A stretch of DNA of 62,124 bases, filler included, from Platydemus manokwari (taxonomy: Eukaryota), in the NCBI GenBank assembly GCA_037951405.1. It is 5 parts of 5 records of this genome, joined end to end, with 100 filler letters (N's around TTAATTAATTAA, not from the genome) between each part and the next. Parts side by side here need not be neighbours in the genome. Positions count along the whole stretch, not along the records: positions 1 to 8,659 come from JBBMOY011346427.1; positions 8,760 to 18,394 come from JBBMOY011223877.1; 3 more parts are not named here. One strand, written 5' to 3'. The translations under genes and the position numbers were made by a program. The first letter of the stretch is position 1, and each line of letters begins with the position of its first letter. Under the pieces are notes generated by a model. It was not told where the DNA came from, did no database searches, and saw only the letters and a list, made by a program, of their open reading frames with translations. Of the stretch, positions 1 through 11,900 are shown in pieces.

Positions 1-551
1 TCATGAAACAAAAGAAAGACAATTATATCAAGTAGCTGATCATGAAAAGATAAATTCAAAACATGGAAAATCAAATTTTAAATCAATAAATAAAAATGGA
101 CATTGAATGAATGTCAATTGATGAATAAATGTTTATTTTTCAGACTTTACATATTATATATAAATAAATAAATATAAAATGAGAAATATTCAGTTAAGTT
201 AAGAAGTAAATAACAATAGATATTTTTTTATTATTTTAAAAGTCTATTTTCAATAAATATATTTGGCCAACAATATAAAAGGTAAATAGAAATAACTGAA
301 TGATAATATTTAATAATATGTATAATAATTATCGATTATAATTATTTTAAAATGAAGTTTTATTATTTAAAGCATTATGTCGGTGTTGTGAATTGAGAAT
401 CGTTTTTGGAATGAAAGAGATTGATAAACATTAATAATTATTTTTGTTGTCATTTAGGAATTCTAAATTATACCGATTAAATAATATTTGTACCGAGAAC
501 AGTGAAATTCTGAAAATGACCATAAAATATTTATACAAAAATAAATATTAT

Positions 552-1096
552 TGTTAGGTATATCACAAATTAGTCAAAAGGGTCGCAAGAACCAAGGAAA
601 ACTCTAAAAAGAGTCAATACATACAAACCCGATAAACACACGTACCGTTAACCAATCAGATCCGTTCTGATTTTAATCCATATTTAGAAGTTAAGAATCG
701 ACAGGTACATGCCTACAAACGACAGCAAGCTCGAATATCCGCCAATGAGATAAGTGATATAAGGAAAATATCAATTAAATCGTTCCACAAACAAATTTAG
801 CGACTTGAAAATGAATTTCCGTGACATCAAGCAGATACACTCGATGGGCCTATAAAAGAGGCTGAATTTCATAGATTTTTGCAAGTCTTTTTGGTCGGTA
901 ACTTTTGTGCTTAGCTTATGTGCGATTTCAGTAATCAGTCTTTTGGTTACTCTTTATTCTGACTTTCGGGTGCTGATCCCATCTTGAGTGATTTTCTTTG
1001 GGAATTGCGTTAAGAATTGTTATTGTTATAATTGAGATTTCGAGTGTATGTTAATATGGCTTTGTAGATTCAAATTGTTGTTTAATAACCGCAACA
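552..1096. mobile_element. Solo LTR (545 bp)
   Basis: Begins TGTT (552) and ends AACA (1096). Identical 4-bp TTAT flanks (548-551, 1097-1100) act as TSD. Internal TATAAAA at ~851. GC is higher than in the flanks and there is no ORF. Confidence 0.75.
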
Positions 1097-3946
1097 TTAT
1101 CAACAAGATAAACATCAATAAACAACATGTTTACAAGAATACATTGAAATGATGCTTATTCCATTAATATTTTTCTACAAAAATGCTTTACATTCTGAAT
1201 CATATTAAGAAACAGAGTGAATTTTGATAAACTATATTGTATTTTGATTTATAATTTGAAAATAATTTGAAAATATTTACAAATTTTATAAGACTCACAA
1301 CCTAACTCAATGGTTAATCGATGGAAAACTAATTTTTCTGATAAGCAGACCATAGCATTGTGTAGCAATATTACGATCAATTTATTGATTGTTGTTGGGG
1401 ATAATTTTATGATCGACAACATTTCCAAGGCAACAAGGGTATTTTGGAAAATTTGATTTCCTTCAAGTACTATCGATAGTCAGATGTTTCCACCAAAACA
1501 CATGAATTTAAGAGTTATAGGACTCTTCGATGAAGTTATTAATGTTAGGTTATGGAACCTTTTACAATTTAATCAGCCAATAATTGTTTGTATCAAAGCA
1601 TAATTATTAATTAGGTGTATAAAAGTATATATTACATACATTATTATTGTATATATTATACAAAAAATATTGATAGTATCTATTGAAGTATTGAATCAAA
1701 TAATTATATTTTTTCAAAAGTTGTTCAACAAAACCAATAACTGAGATTACTTTCGATATAAATGATAAATAAATTACACCTTTAATCATGTTATTTTTCA
1801 ATACATTACTTCGAATCAAATGTAATGCGTACAAAATACGGACATTCTGGGTTTTTATTGCAAAGAATTTATAATGAATAAAAATGAAAAACATATTTTT
1901 TTTATCTATTCATCAAATCGATTGGTATAAAATGATCAAAGAAAATATTACATTGTCTATATAAATGATTGAATTAGTAATTTTAAATTTGTTGTTTAAG
2001 TAACACGATAAAATAAAGAATATTGAATAAATTTCAATAATTTTATAATCACTTTTGATCTGACTTGATTTCAAGATTAGTTTGCTCTGATCTTCTGTTC
2101 AGTAGCCTACACAATTTTACAAAAAACACGTACATTTATTAAACGTTTTAAAAAGTAGAAATGAAGTTTGAAAGATGAAAATGTTATAATTTTGAAATCT
2201 TAATTTATATTTTATATTTCGTTCTTTTAAATAACAGATTCCAACATGTATTGTCGATGTGTTGTTTTGATTAATCACGTTGATATTGTACTGTTACATG
2301 TCCTATAGTATATTGTAGATATGTACTATTAATTTACCATTTGGGTTAAGATGTGAATTTTATCATAAATATTTATATTATATGTGAGTCTTTTTGGCCT
2401 TTAAACTATTTTGATTAAAATTAATTATTAATGAATTGCACTTTTATTCTGTTGTTCTTCTGATAATATTTTAAATTATTATATTTTTTATCTCATTATA
2501 TCTTAATATTAATGGTATTAAAGTTTATTGTATTATGTCTTTTATTTCCTTAACATAGATCTTTTTATATTTCATTCAATTTGCTATAAATAAAATTAAT
2601 TTTAGTAAGATTAAGTCTCAATTATAATTATGTAATTCAGAAAATATAATTACAATGATTAAGTATTCGAGAATTGAACAATAAATTCATACAGATTTTA
2701 ATTTAACTAGCTATTTTAGAATCATTTCATGGGTGTACACGTAGCTAAAACCTACTAAACGATAACAACAAAGTCACTTGAGTTTAACGTTAAATTAAAT
2801 GTTTTCAAAACATTCTTTATTATTTTCAATCTGTACGATGAGAGTATAAAGTGTGAAGTTCGAATATACTTTGCACTTCTTTGTTTAGTAACATGGGTTG
2901 CTGTTTCCATTGAGTGACAGTGAAGCATTATATCAAGTTTTTAGATTTTTATACAGTGCTTTGAAACAAACATAATTAGGAATGTTTATTTTCATATCTA
3001 AATATTTTCATTTTTTTGTTGTTCTTTTATTAATTTTTATTATTACTTATAATTTAGGAACCACTTGATTGGATTCAATTTTGTAGAGCTCTTTTCTGTG
3101 AGATCAACATGACAATTATTCTAATATCTACTTTTGAGGCAAAAAAACACAATATTGAGCTGCGTTAACTTCAGTTAGGAATTCAAAGGAAAATTGCAAC
3201 AGTAAATTAGTTAATAATATACGACTTTTACTTTCTATCTCTGAATTTGACTCTGAATGCAAGATATAGTAACCGTTAACAGTTCCTTTTGTAATCGATA
3301 CAACTGAATTAAGTGCAACAAGAATAATTTAGGGTTTGCATATGAATATCATCGAATTTATTCCAATTTCTAAACATCTGTCATGGATACAGTTAGTGAT
3401 TATCATAACGAGACAACCCATTTGCAAAGCATAAGAAATCATGGAATATACTGAAAAATAATTCGAATGGATTTAATGAAGATCTCTCCATCAATATCAA
3501 GTATATATTTTGAATTATTGTTTCCGACTATCTTTTCTTTCCACTAAAATTCATACCATAGATGTTAACCTATTTTATAACTATTAACGAATGCTCTCAA
3601 TGCAAAACTCCCATGGATCGTTCCGAGACATAAAGTCCATTGCGAGATCATAGAGTGCCTAATATAATTGGTTTTTTATGAACAAATTAGAAAATCATCC
3701 CAAAAACTCAAATTCAGTAACATTGTGAGATTGTATGAATAACAGGAAGACATTAAATTAGAAATCCAGTAAAAGCCATCTCATAATTTTTATTAAATCC
3801 ATAACAATAATATAAAAATTATTTATTTATAATTATCTATTTATCTATCAAAACTCTACTATTGGATGAAAACATAAAATATAAAAATAATAGCAAAACA
3901 TATTTATTTCAATCAAAACCATATCAAGGTCTACTGTTATCTAATT

Positions 3947-6900
3947 TTATCTCATAAGATTCTCACTTGATTGAAAATGCTGAAACAAATATTAATCCAA
4001 TATAATGAATAATAAAAGAATCTTTGAACCTGAGAATTCCTAAATTCATTATAAACATTGAAGAGTAGATGGAGAGAATGGATGCGATTGTTGTAAACCG
4101 GTATATCAAGAACACCTTGTAAAAATTTCAATTAATTCCACAATCATTAGATAATTTATTCATGCTTAAAATTCACGCAAAACATTTCTGATCTCGGTTT
4201 CAATCATTGAATTAATATTGCAATATTTTTCCTTTATAAAGCATATTCATTATTTAAAATTCTAAGATGAATTTGTGTTATTTATAAGATAATTATGATG
4301 AGAAAAATAATTTTAAATTTCGATTGGTTTTTAGATTTTTAACTATTTAATTTCATTTTGAAAGAAAATGGTGATGTCGGCTTAAAATTTAGATTTCGGA
4401 AACAGCTTTTATTGTTAACTCACAAAACATTCAGATGCATTCAGCTGGTAAATCATATAAATGCAATGTTCTATCATTGAATGCAACATATTCTGTGATT
4501 ATTTTAAAGTATTTATAAATAATCTTTAGTCATTTTAAATAAAATGAATGATTAAAAATAATGATAATTAATTTGTTTTTTATTAGATATATTTTTGGAT
4601 TGAACTTCGTAAGTTGTTTTCAATTCATATTTAATGAAATAGTAGAAGCTAATGTAACTACCACGTGTTTGGACTCGATTAGGAGAGAATCAATAATAGA
4701 AAGATATATAAGACATAAAGATGATAGCGAATATAGATAATTTAAAAAGAATTTGAAATAAAAACATAGATAGAGAATTCTATGGCAAGAGATTTGAATG
4801 AAAAGAAAGAACTTAAAGGGAAGTGTGAGGATTTTTAAAGTGTTGATAAATATATTTTTAATATTAATTTGTTTAAAATGTTGATAAAATATACTTTGTG
4901 GGTCGAACTTCTTATTTCTTTTCAATTCATCTTTATTGAAAGAAATATATTCCTGAAAATGAAAATCAAAGGCTGTTTTCACTTCACCAATACGAAAAAA
5001 ATGACCAAGAAAATAATTTTTGTAGATAATTATCAAAAGCAGATTACTAAAGAATGAAATCGTTATACAATTTTCCATTCAAATTCGGTGTAGGAAATTT
5101 GTGCTGTAAAAGAAAATTATTGAAATCTAGCCGTTCAGAGAGAAAAAATGTATAGGAGACCATTTTATTACTTTTACATTCAACACGAATTGCTTAATGA
5201 TTCCATATCGATATATTTTGTATACAATCAGTTTATCATCGTTTATAAAATATAATTCCATAATTGATATGAATTTTTGAAATGTTATGTAATATTTAAA
5301 AAAACAAAATTTCCCACCACAAATTAGATCGATAAAATTATTCAAATTGCAATCCAAATCTGAAGTTGGTAAAGTGAGAGTTTTGAGTAATTGCTCAACT
5401 TCCGGTGGCCATGCTTGCATAAGGGTTTCCACGTCGGGCATATTTCTAAATTTTAATCTCATAAATGAACTGTAATATAATATAATTTCTGATGATATTT
5501 ATTTCAACTTTTCACAAATATTTGAGAAGATCTTCGGAAAAATAAAATTTATTACTTCTATCAAATAATTATCAGTATATTACTGCCAAATAATCACCAA
5601 TTTATAACTGTCGAATAGTCATCAGTATATTACTGTCAAATAATCAGCAATTTATTACTGTCGAATAATCATCAGTATATTCCTGTCAAATTATCCTTAG
5701 TATATTACTGTCATATAATTATTAATTTATTATTGTCGAATAATCATCAATATATTACTGTCAAATTATCATCAGTATATTTACATCAAATAATTTTCAA
5801 CCAACTAAACCATAATATATATTATTAGATGAATTATTAAAGATTTTCGAAAAGATTATTTACATATTATAAATATTAAATGAAATGAATCACTCAAAAT
5901 ATCATCATGAATAAATTACAAATATACTGATCAATCTATGGAAGTCTCACTTGCTATAATGCACTGACGGTGGTGGTTTAGCTCGATGTAGGTCAGATAT
6001 GTTTTTCACCCAATTATCAATTTGTTTTGGTTGTTTTTCGGCATTTTCCAGGCTTCGTACAACAACCTGTTTAGCGGATGTCTGTTTGGATAATGCTCTC
6101 AGTTGTAAATCGAGAACTGTTGGGTCAGATTGTTTAGCACAAGGCTCATCAAGCACTCGCAAGCCTAAATCATCTGGTTTCAAATCTGGTCGAGGCACCT
6201 ATATGATATTAATATAAGAAATAACGAAAATAATATTAACACAAACAAATATTCAAAAAAAAATAATATTTACCTTAATAAAGGCATCTATATCGCCAAC
6301 TGATGGGATATATTCAGGTATAAAAGGCTTCAATTTTGTTTCTAATTCAATCGTTTGTGGGGTATACCTTTAAAAAAATATATAAAATAATTATTTTTAA
6401 AAATTTTTTAAAAACGGCTAACTTTTGTATAAAATGAAATAATTCTTTGATATCAGGCGATACCACAAGGTTTTCATAATCTGCTGGGTTATAAGCTCTA
6501 ATAATGGTATAAAGAAAACAAATGCTAATGAATTTTACCCCGCTACAACTGGTGGAGATTCGTCTTCATCCTCATCATCCTCATCTTCATCTCCATCACT
6601 TGATTCGGTTTCTTGGGGACGTTTAATGTCCATTTTATCTTTCATTGATACGAATTCACGTTTGTCACCGAAAATATTCTTTAAAATTGTGTAACAAAAA
6701 TAAATAAAATTTAAAAACCATTCGAAGATTAATTTAATATATTTAAATAAAATTTCAATGTTTAATTTTCAATTAAGATAAGTCATGTACCTTATTATTT
6801 TCAACATCTGTCAAGGATTCGTCATCGGACATTTTGGGGCCTTATTGTGAATTTATTAATATAGCAATATCAAAATTCAATATTACCGGAATAAAAGCGA

Positions 6901-7072
6901 TTAGGACCAAGAGAATTTAATTGACTTGGAGGTCGAGGAGTAGCTATATCTTCAGGATCAGTTATATCAACTGTTTCATCATACGCTTTTATATTCTGCC
7001 TAGAATATCTAACATAAATTTTAACAGAACTTAAAATCTTACATAATTAATTTTTAAATTATTAACATCCAT
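3947..7072 (-). CDS. IFT46: Intraflagellar transport protein 46 (11 coding exons)
   Basis: Manually spliced GT-AG exons: 7072-7043, 6995-6887, 6840-6791, 6678-6539, 6497-6423, 6367-6274, 6198-5951, 5445-5318, 4115-4030, 3979-3947 (first exon least certain; ten listed, count approximate). Peptides GAYNPADYENL, YTPQTIELETKLKPFIPEYIPSVGDIDAFIKVPRPD, VLDEPCAKQSDPTVLDLQLR, MPDVETLMQAWPPE and LDIPVY..RIHSLHLLF match IFT46, as does the acidic N-terminal tract. Confidence 0.95.
5551..5795. repeat. 25-bp minisatellite (~9-10 copies) in an IFT46 intron
   Basis: Unit ~TACTGTCAAATAATCATCAGTATAT recurs at 5581, 5606, 5631, 5656, 5681, 5706, 5731, 5756, with alternating variants. Confidence 0.9.
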
Positions 7073-7087
7073 ATTAAAACACAATAA

Positions 7088-7098
7088 GCCATAGCAAT
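7088..7098. promoter_or_regulatory. Possible RFX X-box (partial) upstream of IFT46
   Basis: GCCATAGCAAT lies 16-26 bp upstream of the putative IFT46 ATG and resembles the X-box half-site (..CCATRGCAAC). IFT genes are classic RFX targets. The match is imperfect. Confidence 0.3.
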
Positions 7099-7683
7099 CT
7101 TATTTTAAACAAATCATTGAGAATATGATACAATTTCAAATTTGAAGAAATTTATTATAAAATTTGATTTTAAAGACTTAATCCAAATAATAAAATATTA
7201 TTTATAACTTACTTCGATTTAAAATATTTTTTTAAATTAATTTTATTTATTTCATAATAATAAATGAATTATTTCAGCATATTAATTTAAGCCTATCACT
7301 TGAATTTTACTAATGATTATTTAAGTATTAAATTAGTTAAAATTTAAGTTCTTAATATTTTATTTAAATGGCAAAAAGGAATTATTTGAAGTTCCAATCG
7401 TTGTAATTTTGAAATCAAATAACAGAATAAAACTTTTAAAGATGAAAAACTGTTTATTAAACCTTGGGTTAAATAATGTATTAATTATTTCGATATTATA
7501 TTAAAAACATAAACTCTATTAGTTGTGTTTGAATATTACATAGACTTGACAACAAGCTTAAGGATAATATTTATAATTTTGTTTCTTTCAAGTTCGAATT
7601 TTTCATAATTAAATGCAATCGATTTAATTGAATTATATAAATTATATTAATTTATTTTTGATTTTAAACCATATATTTTATAG

Positions 7684-8458
7684 ATGACTTTAAGACCACA
7701 ACCTGTAACATCTAAATTTCGACGCTATTATCATAATGACATCGTTCCCTTTTATCGTAGTTCTAATTTATCTCATTCAAATTCTTCTGGTGGATCAACA
7801 GCGAGCTTGACATCCATTCTGCATCATGATAGTTTTTACGATGCAGATTACGATTTACAATATGATTCTAATGATGATTTACCTTATAATTGCAATAATC
7901 TTAACATTTCAAAATTCCCAGAAGAATCTTTATATCGACTGAATACTTCCAAACCAAATAATTTTATGGATAAACAAGTTTTAAACTACAAGTATGATGT
8001 ATTATATTGAAAATATATTAATTGAGAAGATAATTATAGGAAACAAAATGGTATAATTAGAGAAATTATTCACTCGACTAATAAAAATGAATCAAAATTT
8101 ATCAACTTTGAAGATGATAGATTCAAACCATCAGAAAAATCTTGTAAACGAATAATTGCAAGGAAACCTGATTATCCTGGTTCAAGGATTACTCATATCA
8201 ATTATAATAATATATCATTTGAGAACAAATTAAAGAAAACACCTAAATCAACTAATAACAATTACAAAAGTGCAAATTTCAAGTCAAGAGAAAGAAAATT
8301 TTCAAACGTTGTTATAATTAAATTATTAAATAAAAATAAAAACATTATTATTAAATAACATAGATATCTCAGGAAAATATACCCGGTGTGAATCCAGTCC
8401 AGAGGACAATATCGAGGAAAAAGAATGACAATTCTGGGCATGGAGATAATGATCCCAG
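7684..8458 (+). CDS. Uncharacterised multi-exon protein, partial (low-complexity S/N/D/K-rich N-terminus)
   Basis: In-frame spliceable exons 7684-7991, 8040-8307 and 8364-8458 with short GT-AG introns. No domain recognised. It runs toward the contig end at 8659. Confidence 0.65.
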
Positions 8459-8659
8459 GTAATATTTTATTATTTTTAATGGTAATTTTACTATAAGAGT
8501 TATAATAATTACTTAACAATTCCAACAGGTAGTTGAACGATAAACTTGTTAAGAAATTCATTTTTATTATTTTATTATGATCTCGATTTCATCGTTTAGT
8601 AATTTTTTTAACCACGTGTATGTGGGCACTTGCTGTAATTGGATTTTGATTTCATATCG

Positions 8660-8759
8660 NNNNNNNNNNNNNNNNNNNNNNNNNNNNNNNNNNNNNNNNN
8701 NNNTTAATTAATTAANNNNNNNNNNNNNNNNNNNNNNNNNNNNNNNNNNNNNNNNNNNN
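8660..8759. other. Artificial contig linker N44-TTAATTAATTAA-N44
   Basis: 100-bp block with a central 12-mer that gives stops in all six frames. The same block occurs at four places. Confidence 0.95.
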
Positions 8760-8944
8760 TTTTGTTATCATTTTATTAACCACGCTATTTTCTTTTTCCA
8801 AGATTCTATTGATTTTGAATATATTAATTCTTCGAAATGAAAAGACAGCGCAGAAATATTCATATAAAATCAAAATTTTTAATTTTTGGGATATATTTAA
8901 TTTTAATTAAATTTAATAACATTCGTTATATTTTCAAAGCTTAC

Positions 8945-11900
8945 CAGTTAAAATCATAATGGAAATATTTTATTGATTCTTCCTTGATTTTCGTCCACAA
9001 CCCAACCGGATTTTCCATCATCCAACCTTCAGAATCTAATCATCGAAAACAATTTAAACCTTGATTTAAAAAAATATTTCTAACTGCCTTCTTTAACGAT
9101 TTTCCCCTTGTTCCTTTTGTTCTTTTTCGAGGATTTGTTCATTTTTGTTACCTGCGATTATGAAATTGATTGGCTCAAAAATGATTTTTATTATATTACC
9201 TCATCGGAACTGGTGCATGCAACTGGATTTGGACAAGACGATAAGAAGCAATTGAGAAAGTGGGCAATGGAAGAAGACATATTCATTGGATCAACTTCTT
9301 GGATGTATAATTTAAATATATGCTTCGTACTTCTGATAACGGTTTCGGACACAGCAAGAGTCTGTGATTGAAAAGAATAAATCAGTGAATTAAATCCTTG
9401 TAATTTAAGGCAGTGTTAATTTTCAGTTGTCAATTTTAGCCATTGTTATATGATTTGTATTTCCTCGTTCATATTTAATTTTATTTCCAAGATATACCAT
9501 AATATATACAAATAATCCAAACTACCACTTAATTAAAATGTATTAATTTTAGCCGCTGGAATTTTGAAATTTAATCAATGAATGAAATCATAAAATAAAT
9601 TGAAGGAAAAAAATAAAAATCAATTTTAAATTTAAATTTTCAAGTTACCCCCTAAATGTTAATATTATGTTGATATTCCGTTTGTTCGGACTAACATAAA
9701 AATAGTTGATTAGGTGGAAAGCATAAATCAAATCGGTTAAATATTTATGTTCCAGTTACAGCCCATCAGTAGATATCATATGAAAGACTATATTCAAAGT
9801 ACTACTTAATTCAAGTGCAATTGTTGCTTTTCTCGGTATATAAGAAGTTTATAATCAACAAACGTAAGTGATTCAAAATATATCCACGTGATAAATGATA
9901 AACATGAAGTTTGACATTCCCATAAATTGTTTTAAACAGATAGTGTAATGTTTAATAAAATTGTTTATTTTTATTTCTGGAAATTTGGAGACCCGTGTTA
10001 AAATGTCACCAATTATCCTTACAATTATTATGCAAGATGACACGGACAAATCATTGACTTCTATTTGATATTAAAAATACAATCACGTAATAGACGTTAA
10101 ACAAATACAATTACAACGGAATAGCATTGCATTTTGATTGTATAAAACAAGCATATTGATAAAAGAAAAACAATCAGATTGATTTAACGAATTACGACTA
10201 AAGGTGACTGTTACAATAACCTCCAGCCAAATTTTAATAATTCTAAGAGATTTAGTTTGTTCAATAAAATATCAAAGCATCTACTTTGTAATCGATGCGT
10301 GGAATTTTGAAAAATAAACATTTTGATAATTTTTTTAAGTTTAAATGATAATTTCGGCGGTTGCCGCGATTTGAAGATTGAATGGCATTTGTTAAAACTC
10401 ATTAATATTTACTATTCACTCATGGTGGACTCTAACCCGAAACCATTCAAAATTAATTACCACCATCCGATAAATTTTATTGAATTATATTTACATTTAT
10501 AACAAAAATAAATCGTAAATAAAAGCAATAAATAAACGTAAAGCATTGATTATGTTACGAGAATAAATTAAATCATGAGTTTTGGTATATTTCTGCTTTG
10601 TCTGGAATTTAAAAAGCACATAGCGTTGTGAAAAACCTATTACAGTCAGCAATAAATCAATTGTTTTAGATTAAATGCCTTATATAAGAAGTAACTACTT
10701 GAATAACAAAATATAACACAATAACTTATAATAATAATAATGTTAACATTATAATAATTAGGAATAATGTTTATAATAATGATAATTATGATCAAAATAA
10801 TAATAATAATGATAATAGTAATAATAATAATTAGGAATAATGTTAATAATAATAATTTTTATTATGATAATAATAATATATGAATTTAGTCAGCTTACTT
10901 TAAGCCAGCTGAGACTTGGTGTTTTGGGAATCGTTTCTATCAATCTATTCAAATATCTAGTATTGATACCCCTAAAAAAATTGATTATAATGGATACTAC
11001 TCGTTCAATCGATGTTTACTTTTGATGCATGGCTTCAACTAAACTTCGACCATCCTGAGGTGTGATTATTTCATCTAAACAATCTTTAATGAGTTGAGGA
11101 ATTTGAATTTTCACTAAAAATTCCGAAGCATCCTTTAGCAGTTGTCGATCTCGTTCCAAATTTGCTTTCTGAATTCCATTTTATAAGTTTTTTTTAAGTA
11201 TAAAAACAATAATAGAAATCGGACTTCTGATTCAGGAACTGTTACACCGAGCTGGAATGCATCAGGATTAAATTTTATGATCACTTTTGAATCACTCAAT
11301 GATCCCACAGCCTCAGCAGATTTACCAATAATCTGCTTAATTAGCACCTCGTCTATATAGGAAAAATAGTATAGCTTGTCAAGTGAGAACAGATTTACAA
11401 ACCATATCCAGATTCACATGTGTCGTCCACAATTTTTTTAACGTCATCCAATGAATTTTCCTCAATGAAATCCAGTTTGCTTTCGTGATTCTCGTTATTC
11501 ATTTCCTGAGAAACACAGTTCTATGATGATTTGATAAAAGAGAATAAAAAAAATCACTTTTTTCTTTGTCTTTGCATCATCAATATTGCTTTTAATATGC
11601 CGCAAGAATTGTATGTAACGATAATCACAAAATGCTTCCAGCAACTCTTGTCTTAATACTGATAACTGATGATGATGAGCAAATGGATAACCAAGATTGG
11701 CCATTGAATGACTCAAATTTTCTTTGGTTAAGGTTTTCAAGCCAACGGTTTTCAGTGGATCTTCAACTCCACCAAGATAATGAACATCTGGAGGTGAAGT
11801 AAACAATAGGTCGAGTATATAATAACGTTTGTCATTTCCAATGATGCCTTTGCATTCTATCGATGACTTTAACATAACCTCCGACCCATCTTTACTTACA

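Noticed and set aside
1607-1894. Short AT-rich ORFs (also 8262, 10840, 24361, 25250, 33416, 51505, 58346 etc.)
   Set aside because: Compositionally biased chance ORFs, many with non-ATG starts, and no motifs.
4620-5078. 152-aa minus ORF and a KNDQ-containing plus-strand stretch in the IFT46 intron as a nested gene or tyrosine recombinase
   Set aside because: Low-complexity F/I/L/K composition and no further catalytic motifs found.
5610-5780. CTGATGA motifs on the minus strand of the minisatellite as tandem hammerheads
   Set aside because: There is no stem II-GAAA or stem III geometry.
8704-8715. TTAATTAATTAA palindrome recurring four times as a possible biological motif
   Set aside because: It is always centred in N runs of identical length, so it is an assembly linker.
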